A DNA stretch of 64,000 nucleotides from Balanoglossus misakiensis (lineage: Eukaryota > Animalia > Hemichordata): positions 10,796,017-10,860,016 of the forward strand of contig CM082592.2 of assembly GCA_040954595.2 (NCBI GenBank), in the 5' to 3' direction. Each line of letters starts with the position of its first letter. The stretch's first letter is position 1. Positions 14,901-27,900 of this stretch are shown one piece after another. The position numbers and the translations under genes are program-made. The notes beneath the pieces were generated by a model that searched no databases, was not told where the DNA came from, and saw only the letters and a program-made list of their open reading frames with translations.

Positions 14901-17900
14901 CGTCAAAATAAGAATCATGTATATATGTGTGTGTGTGTGTGTGTGTGTGCGTGCGAGTACAAAACAACTCATTTATGTTTTCATCTTTGCTTGTGAACAC
15001 CAGATACCAACGAGTGTGTACTGGGAGCTGAATGTCTCAACGACGGCACGTGCGTCAACACGCCAGGCAGCTACGAGTGCAACTGCCCACCTGGGTTCAC
15101 TGGACCATCGTGTGAGATCGGTAGGTTTAAGACACCGTTTGTAGTGCTTTGCGAGCAAGTTTGCAATGTGTCTCCCAGTCCGCGTAAAAACGAAAATTAA
15201 CGTTGGTTGGTTCGTGACAAAATGAATATTATGGTCTCTCTACACTGCCAGGAACCTACTGATATATGTAAAGAAAATAAACACTTACCATAGAACCAGA
15301 AAAAGTCCTAATGCTGGAAATTCTCTCTCGCTTTATAGAGGTGGATCTCTGCGAAAACTCTCTGTGTGAAAACGGAGCTACCTGCAACAAGACACGTGAA
15401 GATGACAAAGGTTATGAGTGTCTGTGTCCATCAAGATGGCAAGGGGAATTTTGTCACATCGGTAAGTTACTTTACATACACAACTACATACATACATATA
15501 TTATCTTTTGGTGTGACGCTTGGATTCATATGCCCTTCTGATACCGACTGTTGTTGTTCTTCAGAGCAAAACGCCTGTGGGAGTAACCCATGTCAGAACG
15601 GCGGAACGTGCAACAACTACTACACCTATTACACTTGTACTTGCCCGCCTCATTTCTACGGTACAACATGCAGAAATGGTGAGTATATATTTACATATGA
15701 TATCAAAATTGAAGTCAAACCTCTTTTGTTTAATTAATAACTCATATTTGGGAAGTTTTGTGATGAATAGGCAATTAACCCCTTTTAATACTTTTTCTGA
15801 TTGCAGAATTCGGTATATGTTACGGCACAGGAGATCCTCATTACATCACGTTCGACGAGAAAATGTACGACTTTCAGGGAGAATGTAAATACGTTTTCAC
15901 CGAACGATGCGGAGGATCAAGTACAACATTTAGTGTCGTCATACAGAATTCAGTCCAACAGGACACTGAAGTCACTTACATTTCTGATGTGTTTGTTACC
16001 ATCGGAGCTTATGTAAGTACTGGTTGCGATTTCACAAGCCAAAATTTTTCAGACATCGATTCTTTTCAGAAAGCCATTCGATGTTCACAAGCATCTGCTT
16101 TGACACGAGTCCATCTTTCTTTGCCTCTTACAGGAAATAAAATTCACGAAAGGCATGAGAGTGACACTTGATGGCTATAACGTTCATCTACCATTGGTAT
16201 TAGGTGACAACGAGATCCGCATCCAGTATACTGGCCTTTATGTCGTAAGTAATACATCCAGTGATGACAAGATTCGTATAAGTGACGGTTGTTTGACAAT
16301 AGGAGTGCAATCTTATAATATCAACGCGACACCCTAGCCTGTTTTTAAATCACATCGTTCAATCTATCGATTATCAGGAGCTCACTACGGACCTTAATTA
16401 TGTGGTGAAGTGGGATGGTGTCAACACGTTGGAAGTTCGTCTGCCGACTACGATGGAAGGAAACACGTGTGGTTTGTGTGGCAACTTCAACGGAAACCCA
16501 GACGACGATTTCCTGGACAGAGACGGTGTATTGGTGAGTGGCTGAGGGAATGATATACCATGGCAACGGTTTATTCGTTTGATCATATCTTGACTTTGCA
16601 TACATTTTTTGCATCCAAGTTTAATGAGAAGAAAACGTCGTCTCGTGTCGCCATTTTACACGTACCATACTTGGAAAACATGCGGTGATGTACAGGGTGT
16701 ATCTAAGCTCTGTTGAAGAGATGGCGAACTACTTTGCATAGAGTAGCATCGCTATAAAGTGTTCTTATTATGAAACAGATTCATAAGCACACTACATAGC
16801 GGTGCTACTAACTGCAGCCAATCGACAAACTTCAAGCTGAAATGGACACAGAGGAAATCCTGGAGACCTGACTGTTATATACTGACAACAGAATGCTCTC
16901 GCTATGACAGAGTGTTCTAATCTCTGTGTTACAATCAAAGCCAACACAATACACCATCTACCTGTCTGTATGTATGTGTGAATGTAGGCATACTTGGATG
17001 CATGTGCTTTGCCTTGTATGACACTGTATGTTTTTGACATCATGTTAATGATTTCATCTACCGATGTGATTAACTAAAGGTATCTCTGCCAACAGCTGAA
17101 CACTACAGCAGAGTTTGGTAATGCCTGGGCGGTTACAGATGGCATCCCTTGTGACGATGCAACCGATGTGACGATTGAGTGTCCAACCAACGAAGACCAA
17201 CAACGGGCAGTTGATCTCTGTCAAGTTATCATCGATACCGATGGTATAACTCAAATTTAAGAATTCCACATCTTTCACACACATTGTCCTCTCAACACGC
17301 TACACCGAGAACGTCATTAAATGTCTCACACCTACAAACCTCCACCCTACCCTAATAACTTACAATACAGCTGCCGTTAAAGTTACCATACCAAAAACAA
17401 TAGATTCTTTCCTGGCCATTGCGAAATCTCACGAGACTTGTTTAATTACCGTAGCAACAGGTTGCTAGCTAAATACAAGTCAAGCTTTGTATGAATCTGG
17501 AATAGGTGCAGAGTTTAACAAAAATTCATTTCACCTTGACCTCACAGTACAAGACAACTGACATGTCCTCATTTTTATTATCCCTCTGTCACGTGATAGC
17601 ACTCCTGGTACATTCATTGAAACCTATTTAGTAGACCCGGGTAAAATAGATAATGCCATTAGATGGACGCCAATATAAAATGTACAGTTCTTACATGCAA
17701 TATTAAAGAAAAGATTCCTTTTGAAGTTTGCAACGACAGCTTCAATTGTTTGAGTTGACAATGGTCGCAAGTCCCAAATGACATTTGCATTGGCAAACGA
17801 CAATTCAAATCAGTGGATAGAAGCTACCCTATTGTACTTGTTTGTATGCGTGTCAAAGGTGACCGGTTCACGTGTCAACATGCCCCGCTTCAACATGTAC

Positions 17901-20900
17901 AACAGGTCTCTTCATGATTTGTTTCTTCAGACTAAAGCACAGTGTCTGGGAAAAATCCAATCCATAGATTACACAGTTGGTGCATGACACCTGTTGAGAG
18001 AGGGCCCTATCCCACGGGATCGAAACTGACCAATAGGGATCCACCCCCTCTGCTTCAATTTGGGCAAACGATCGGTGACATACTTAAAATGCAAAGAGTT
18101 CATATGAAACGTCATCTTTTCCATGACAATGATTGAGCGCAAAACCTTCCCAACTTTTCCAATCGTCAACACTAGCTCCCGATCTCACCACGCGGTGGGA
18201 AGGTGACCAGTTGAGAATGAGTGGGAACATGATTGTGTGTTCACACAACGCCGTATTAAATAAAGAACTTTCCTAAATTGGCCTTAATAGACAGGTGGCC
18301 TTTATAGACATGTCATTTAATGCACATTTAACTGGCACAGGGACTGTGACAAAGTGGTCACTATACAGAGATGGCCAATAACACAGGTTTGACTGTAATA
18401 CAATGAATACACTGTACAGCTATTTAAAGGCCCATATTCGTTGACGTGGGTTTATATTTATAGTTATTGAGAAACAAAGGGACAGCTGTGCACATGTTTC
18501 CCCTTTAAGTCACTTCAACAAATCATGGGAATACTCTATCCACTCTGTACACAGGTCCATTCACCATCTGCAACCAAACCCTGGAAGCTTCATTCGCAAA
18601 CGGGTTCTACGACGCTTGTATATATGACGCCTGTGCTGTACCCTCTCTTGCTGCTGAGAAATCGTGCCACATCATTGAGCTGTATGCCCAAGTTTGCCTC
18701 GACAAAGAGGTCCCCATCGGTTACTGGAGAAACCTAACAGGATGTGGGGGTAAGACTTGACCTGGTAACCACAATTTCTAGTTTGTAAATTTTTCCGGGC
18801 AAAATTGATTTAATTTATTAAAAATATCAATACACAGATCCCACGTGCCCCGGCAACAGCAAATACCAGTGGTGCAGCAGCGCGTGCCGTAGCGACTGTG
18901 CTGAGCATGGCAACGATGATGTGTGTGAAGACAACTGCGTGGAAGGATGCGAGTGTCCGCCGGGGATGGCATTCGATGGTGGCCTGATGACGTGTGTTGA
19001 CGTCATCGATTGTGGATGTAGTAGGGACGGGTACTATTGGACGGTAAGAGCAGTTTCAGTATGAATACTGGGAAAAGGAAATCTTCAGAAATAATTCATT
19101 TCAATAATTGTCAATGTTAATGTTGCATTACAACTAGCAAAGATGGCGTTATTTGGTGAAGTATTTTTCATAAGAACACCCATAAGCTGTCACAAGACAT
19201 GAACTAGAGAAAGTGTACCACTTGTACTACTAGCGTATCTGCATCACCATGTTAGTCAAACATGATTTGTTTCTCACAAAGTATGCTTGTGTTTCTCCAG
19301 GAAGGAGAGTCCTTTCTTGGAGTCGACTGCATAGAATCTTGCCAATGTTCAGAGAACGGCACTTTGGATTGCCAGATGACCGAGGGCTGCACAGCGAACT
19401 CTGAGTGTCTCAACGTAAACGGTTATCGGACGTGTGTTTGTCAAGATGGATTCTTCGAGAATGGAACCAGATGCGACAGTAAGTTTTGATCAGAAGCACA
19501 ATTAGACTGCATTACATGACTCACTACATATCCATGTGATGCCTGCATGGATTTCACCCCTTTGAAGTTGTCTGCACCATACATATATCATCAATGCTCC
19601 AGAACAAAAGTTACTGCAATGATACCATTTTCTCTTTTAACCTTTCCCAAACTTTCTTTTGCGCAACATCTGCGCTTGCTTACAAACAACTCAATGTTTG
19701 TAACCTCCAGAGTAATTTACCCATTCGTGTTCTCTCCCTCTCCCACAGACATCCAAGAATGTGCAAGCAGTCCGTGCGATAGAGGGCAGTGTGTTGACGA
19801 CATCGATGGCTTCGTCTGCGACTGTGATCCGTATTACAAGGGTACACTTTGTGACGTGTATGACTACTGCTACGACCAACCGTGCCAGTATGGCACTTGT
19901 GGCAACGGCGATAGGGATTACACGTGTGTTTGTGTGCCTGGCTATACTGGAAGAGATTGTGAGACAGGTATGTCCAAGCATGCTCAGACACTTCAATTCT
20001 TCAGATTATGCTCCTGATATCAAACCTCAGTCAAACATTAAAGCTAATGAAGTTTTACCATCTGGTAGTAACTCAAGTTTTATTTTGTCTTTTCATAAAC
20101 AAGACATCAACGAGTGTGAGAATAACCCCTGTCAAAATGGCGGAGAGTGCTACCAATCTGTGGATTTCTACAACTGCACCTGCCTCATTGGCACAGAGGG
20201 ATACAACTGTGAACTAGGTGAGTGATACAGCCGCAGCACTCCCATAGACCATTTTCCGAACTCAACGAGACTCGTGAGATCTCGCGTGACTAGGCAGTTT
20301 ATATGGGGTGACGGGATTGATGCTTCTTTAGTATAATAACATTTATATTTCTTATTATCTTTTCTGTCAAGTGACCGATATCTGTTACAGCCAACCGTGT
20401 CAGAACGGAGGTGTCTGCAACGGAGTTGGCAATTCATCGTTCACGTGTACGTGTTCAAGGGCGTTCATTGGAGAATTTTGTGAAATTGGTAAGTTAGTCC
20501 TTCAAAACAACTCTTGCAAAAGTGCGATATTGAAACGTTCATCGGAGAAATCACTCAACGCAATAATGTAGCACTTTCTTCCAGGAAGTAAAAGCGATCA
20601 TGCCAATACGATAATTAATAAGTTTGTTTGTTTTCAAGAACTGGATGCGTGTGAGAACGAAACCTGCAGTGGAAACGGTGAATGCATCAACTATTACACA
20701 TACTATCAGTGTCAATGCTACAAAGGCTTCATGGGGACCCACTGTGAGACAGGTAATTATAACTTGAGGGGTATATGAAACTACTGATGGGGATATCCGT
20801 TACAAGATCTTGTGGAATCAATCAATTTGCTCGATTGAATGAGCAGATTCCGCTATATATACAACAATAACTCGTTTGCATTCAATTGCATGCCAGAGTA

Positions 20901-21934
20901 CGGATCATGCATTGCTGCTGGTGATCCTCACTACACAACATTCGATGGCCAGGCGTTCGATTTCCAAGGGACTTGTCAGTACGTTCTGTCAAAGGACTGT
21001 GTCAACGACCCACCCATGTTTGAAGTTGACGTATTCAACAAGAAGAGGCACGAAGCTTCCTCGGTCTCGTACACTTACGAAGTCTCGGTTGATCTGGCTA
21101 CGAAAAACATTGTAAGCATACGGAGTGAGCTACTTGTCATCTTTTTGTGTACCAGTAGCATTATTATCTGCTATTAGACTTTCCAAGGGGATGTGGATGG
21201 ATGAAATGATCCAGAAAATGAACTGACTTATTATTTTGCGAAAGCTTCATTGCTCATTGAATTCGAAGTTCCTCGATATCTCAGGATCAGAGCAGGCGAT
21301 TTGGTCTTGTTCGTATCAAGTGTGTTCACCGTTAAATTGTCTTCCGTTCACTTAACACTTTCGCAATGGTCTCTCATCTCATTCACAGTCGGTGCTGCTG
21401 CAGCAAGACAAGATGGTTGTCGTAAACGGACGGAATATCATTCCATCTGCAAATCCGCAAGAGGGCGTCTTGATAACAACTGTTGGTCCCTACGTGGTGA
21501 GTGCGGATTCTAGCTAAATCATGACATGCACTTGACACCTGTCATGTTCACCAAAAGAATCTTCATGTACATGTACTCCTTGGCTCCTTTTAGATATATA
21601 TTTATACTTCAAATACCAATAGCACGCAAATAACATCTAATATTGTTCTGTACATCTACTAACTATAGGAACTGAAGACCGAGTTTGGTCTGTCCGTCCG
21701 TTGGGATGGAGACAGTTACGTCGATGTCCAAGTTGACAGCGACTTCAAGGGCCAGGTCTGTGGACTGTGCGGAAACTATAATGGAAACATCACCGATGAG
21801 TTCATCAACCAAAATGGCGAAACGGTAAACAATATCAGTTCTTTAGTCTTAGTTGTTGCAAGTCGTAAATTATTCACGAGTGTGTGTGTCTTTAGGGGCA
21901 GGGGAGTGGGAGGGAGGGAGGAAGAGAGAGAGAG

Positions 21935-21988
<54 letters not shown>

Positions 21989-24900
21989 ATATATTCTGTA
22001 CAGACAACGAATCCAACGTCTTTTGGAAACAGCTGGAAGAAGGAACCCCAAGACGCACCGTATCCCACTTGTAGACAGGCGACATACGTTGACCCGTGCT
22101 CTAGCGTTGACCCAAGTGTGATCAGCGCGGCACAGGTCAATTGTTCCGCCATCACCGACGCAAACGGTAAATGAACTCCTTTCTCCTTCCATCTGAGGGA
22201 AGGATTAAAGGGTCATGCCAAACTTTCGTTGAGATTATTTTCTTAAAGGGTATTCAAACCCCAGAGAGGTTGTCGATGAAATGGGTGGTTTGGTTGAAGA
22301 TTCGCAATGCCTTTGATGCACCTGCGTAGTTCGTTAACACAACAGCAAAAGTTGAACAGCTAATAGGACGACAGGGGGCTGTAGAAGGGTCATAGCTTGG
22401 ATATAAAGCGACTACAATGCACTTTAATACGCTTTAAAGAAGCTAATTATGCGTTTGTGTGAACGTTTTGAGACGACACGATATGTGCAGGGATATATTA
22501 AACACCTAAGCGCACCACCTAAGGACGCCACTGAAGAATTATTTTGCTTCATCTTATAAAGGCTTGAAGAAACCTTAATATGCACATTGCACATTGTATT
22601 ATTCAAATACTATTATACACGCCAACTTTCACTTGTTAACATTTATAATTTGTTTACTGTTAATCTCAATTAATCACTCATCCTTTTCCATATTTCTCCA
22701 CATGTTCTAAAACCAACGCACTTCTTTTTCCGCTCTTTAAATGCATCTCATGCCACTGACCATGCTTCAAAATCAAACAATTCAATTCATAGGATCTTTC
22801 TGTGCTTTGAATTCCTTGTCCAACGAATCATTATCTTCGTCTCTTCTGTTCTTCCTGATATGGTAAGTTACCATGAAATATCATCCTTTCATTCCATCGT
22901 TGTCTCCCAACAAACTCAGATTGTGGGGATGACCGTGGTTCCACCAATAAAGGAGTAAGATTTTGGCAAAACTATTGTTGTCCTTCATATCGAATATCCC
23001 CGGGAGTTGGCCAGCTTCTTTCGATTTCTCTTCTCCCTCAAGGTGCCATGGTAACCGAACACACCACTGTACCATTGTCAGATACTTCAACATTTGAATC
23101 ATCTCTATCAAGACACTTCTGTAGGACCATCGTCATACCAGTCACCAAGTTTGCTCTTCGAATACCCATTGCACGCAACCAACAATAACCACACAAGTTT
23201 TCTTCCACAGGTGATACTAAACGTATTATTTGTCGTCAAAATCAATCACAGGTCCGTTCAAGAACTGTCATTCACGCGTGAGCCCAGCCTCCTATTTCGA
23301 TTCCTGTGTATACGACGTCTGTGCCTTTCCGACAGACGGTGAAAGAGTGATTTGCGACATGATAGCGGCGTATGCATCAATTTGCCAGGCCAGTTACGCA
23401 AGAATTGGAAGTTGGCGTGATGTTACTAACTGTCGTAAGTCTCGTAAAATATACATTCGGCTAACGCGTCCCTTTTCGCGATAAATATAGTGTCTGCAGT
23501 TTCTACATCCGAGTTGCCGCACCTATTTTAATCCTAATTATCCAGGCGAAGTCACGGTGTTTCGGACAACGAAATCATCAAGCTACGTGTATGGCACCAT
23601 CAGAACGGTTATTGGCCAAAATGATCTTACGCTGAGATATCGCGATTTTTTGTAAATTGATGATATTCTGATCCGACCACAGCATTGGCGTGCCCAGAAA
23701 ACAGCATTTATAGAACCAGGATGTCGCCATGCATGCCGTCTTGCAGTGACCCAAACCCTGATCCAATCACCTGCCCATATCCGGACGTAGAAGGTTGTGA
23801 ATGTCCTGATGGTCAGATACTGGAAATTGATAGATGTATTAACAGCACGGATTGTGGTTGCTTCATCGATGGATATTACTATCGTGTAGGTATTCAAACA
23901 AGAGACTGACTTTCTAGGCCTTCCAATCGAATCTGCCATTGAACAAATTCAATCTCGTGCGAACACGGCGAGTTAAAAATCACATGAGTTGCCTCCCTCG
24001 ACAAATTTTGCGTACTGAATTGGTAATCTGTGATAACATCTGCAGAACAACTTCAAGTGACACAACCAGCCATGAAGTTGCCAATTCCAAATTTGGGTAT
24101 TCTGATATTGTGCTCATGAACTTCTTAAGTTCCACGTCTTCTCTGACAGATTTATCTTTTACAGTTTCAAGATTCCACTAAAACTAACGCTTATGAGATT
24201 AATAACTAAAATACGGTAAAATTGTTTATGTATAGTGTGTACAGTTTTGTTGTCACAATCGTTGTGCTTCATTAAAGGTGGGCGACCCAGTGACGGATGC
24301 AAACTGCAATGAGACATGCACATGCCAAGGGTTGGATCAACTGGAGTGTGTTCCCTTGGAGTGCCATGAAAACGCTACATGTGGCGTCAAATATGGCGAA
24401 TATGGTTGCCACTGTAATGATGGTTTCGAAGGGGATGGTATTGACTGCACAGGTAAGATGATTGTCTTGATGAAGCAGATACGCTCGTCCATATTGTGTT
24501 CGTTGCATGTATTTCTGTAAGGCCCATCCCACTAACGATGTCATAAAACTTTTGAAATAGTGGTACAGATCATGACAGTAGATTGAAATCATGAACACAA
24601 ATGTAAAGGTTAGACTACTAATATGCATACATTTCTTAACTTCCTGTTACACACACCATTAGAGAAACCAAGTAAAAGATCATCCTCTGGCCAATTTCAG
24701 ATTCAGGCAATTTGTATCTTTTCCATTTCAGAAATCGACGAGTGTACTTTGACTGGTGAGAATCCATGTGGATCAGGAACATGTGTAGACTTGGTCAACA
24801 GTTACAGGTGCATTTGTTCTGGAGGCTACAGTGGTGACAACTGTGAATTGTTCAACGACTGTTTCAGTGGTCCTTGCCAGAATGGAGGCACTTGTAAAGA

Positions 24901-27900
24901 CCTCGAAAATGCGTTCGAGTGCGACTGCATGCCAGGTTACGAGGGAGTTCGATGTGAAACGGGTAAGTACAAGTGATACTCGCTGATTTCTCTTTAAACA
25001 TTTACAGGAGAGGCTACAAATGCTTCATTTCACCTAAGTATATGTTGTTTATCTTCACAGAAAGCGATGAATGTGCTAGTGACCCTTGTCAGAATGGAGC
25101 TGTCTGTACAGATTTGCTCGACGCATTTAACTGTACATGCGAACCAGGATTTAATGGCACCTTTTGCGAAATAAGTAAGTATTGTTATTACAGACTGAAT
25201 GACTCAGCACTTGCGAAGCCGAGACGCCAGAAAGCAATGGGTGTTGGATGCTACAACAGTGCAGTCTCAGGGAGTCCCAACCCACATGAATATGCTTTGC
25301 TAGCCTGAGCCAATATACTACTACCGGTACATACCTACGTCTATTGAACTATGCTTTTGGTCAGCAGATGAAGCAAGACATTACAGAAGGCAATTTCAAA
25401 AGCATTTGCTGTAAATGCTATTCGCACATACAGCTGAAGAGACTGACAAAGCAGTCTTAACCAGTTGACAAGATACACTTACTTTGTACTAGATTATTAA
25501 AACATACATGTACTACCTTTATGTCTATAGATATCAATGAATGTGACAGCAATCCATGCCAGAATGGTGGCACTTGCTTCGACGGCAATAATCGCTTTAG
25601 CTGCCGATGCACTGCCGCATACGAGGGACCCACATGTGCAGACGGTAAGTCATTTTTTCATTTCAATTTTCATTTGTGACATTAAAATTACCATTGTGAA
25701 TGTACACCAAGTACCGTAACTAAGTTTTAGCAATTGTGTAAATTGCAGTTAGATATACACCTTAACACCCGGATAGGAAGGTGGCACCAGTTTGGTTCCA
25801 AAAGAACAGATTTATTGCATTGTGTTTCCAGTGCAGATAATCTGCTGCCTTCCATTACTCTGAATGCAAAACCCTTAATTAACAGGTTATAACAAGTCAA
25901 TACACGTACCTCATTCTGTTTGATTACAGAGAAACCATCAATCTGTGATGAGCCTGGGCAGGAATGCTTAAATGGAGGAATCTGTCGGCCTGTCTCACCA
26001 ACGTTCAGGGTTTGTTCCTGTCTGCCTGGCTTCCAGGGATTATCCTGTCAACACGGTGAGTTAATTGTATTTGTTTAATCATTACTCTGCATGACGTGCA
26101 TTTAGTAGACATTTCTTTTCACTGACATTTTCACATATGGTTTCATTTTTGTTAATTGCAGATATCAACGAATGTGCGAGTGACCCTTGCCAGAATAACG
26201 GAACCTGCAATGATCTGGTCAATGGGTACAACTGCTCTTGCACCGTTGAATATACTGGTATACACTGTGAACGGGGTGCGTATATCAGTGTCTGAAGTAA
26301 ACTGATGGTTAACTATGATAACTATGCCTAGCAGGGTTTTTAGTCCAGTAGAAGGAAACTGTTCCGAATTTTAGTGTAGCCTCAGAAAATCAGAAGGCCA
26401 CTCTTACGAAAAGTATTTGAGATGTATCATAAAACCCTACAGAAATTGTTCTTTTTGTTGTTATTATTGATGGTGGTGGTGATGATGATGTTGATGATGA
26501 TTTGCTTTCAGATATCGATGGCATAGTGGTTACAGACATAAGAGTTGTGCAGATTTCTAGCATATCTATCACAATCAGCTGGTCTCTAATCGTCGAAGTG
26601 GCAACAACCACCATTTCTTACCGTGTCAAGGGAACACCAACTTGGTTTGTAGCTGGCACAATAGAGGGCAGTCAGACACTGTTCGTTCTCCAGGGACTTG
26701 AATCAGTGGCCGAATATGAAATTGACATCACTGTGGTCAGGACCAATGGATTAGCTGGCTATGGGGAAATATCTACCATACAGACATGTGCACTTGGGTT
26801 TGTTGGTTCCAGCTGTGAAAATGGTAAGTTCAGTGTGAATTTGATGGTATAACTTGGCATTTAATTATGAAAGTCATCTGTAAACTTTCTCAACTATTCC
26901 ACCTTGTATAAAACTAGAGCCACGTGGAATGTTTTTACCACAACACTGATGCATTAAAATCTTTTCCTCCACCAATTCTAGACATGACAGAAAGAGGCCC
27001 ATTCAATCTGGAAATCATCACGGCAACGACCCAAACGTTAACAGTCAGATGGCAAATCAGTGTGAGTTTATCAGTAAGATTCTACATAATCCAGTATGTA
27101 GACTTGACATCGGGGGAAACATTCAACGCAACAACTATACAAACAGGCAACTCATTGGGTACTGTGGTGGGTCTACGAGCCAATGCCTACTTCTCAATTA
27201 GGATAGTGGTTGTCCTTACCAATGGTGCTGTTGTCTTTTCGACTGGCGATGACAAGTTCCATACCTGCAGAGGGAGAAGAATGGGCGCAAACTGTGAAAC
27301 AGGTACGGTGGAAACACACTTCAGCTTAATGTAAGATATTGTGGGAAGCAGCAAATGTGATAAAAATCCCAAGAGATAAGTTCATGTGTTCCATTTATGT
27401 TTGTTGCATCAGTTAACTATGGCAAATTCCTGCATGTTTCCAAAATCATGAAAACAAGAAACTAGTAGTGCCGGTACATGGACACACAGAATAAAAATAT
27501 TGAACATATCGAAAGTTACAACAACTACTCTTCCTTTAAACATATACCTTTCTTTCAGAGTATGCTGTATGTTCTGGTTGGGGTGATCCTCACTACACCA
27601 CATTTGATGGTCAGAAATACGATTTCCAAGGAGATTGCACATACACATTAGCGGAGAACTGCGTCCAAGACGATGGTGTCCCTATATTCAAAGTTACTGC
27701 AGATAACAGGAAAAATAATGAGAATGCCAGAGTAGCATTCACCAGGGAAGTCGTTGCAATCATTGATGGCATGGTAAGTGTCTGTATACGTTCACTTTGT
27801 TACAATCATATGGAAATCTGAACAGTGCTTTGGTTTCCATTTCAGTGTGGCGGTTGCTTACACATACCGTACATGTAGATGTAGTGAGTGAAAGTCTTGA

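Noticed and set aside
21776-22192. Poly-Asp, poly-Met, poly-His and poly-Ser ORFs
   Set aside because: These are translations of the intronic (GAT)17 microsatellite in different frames.
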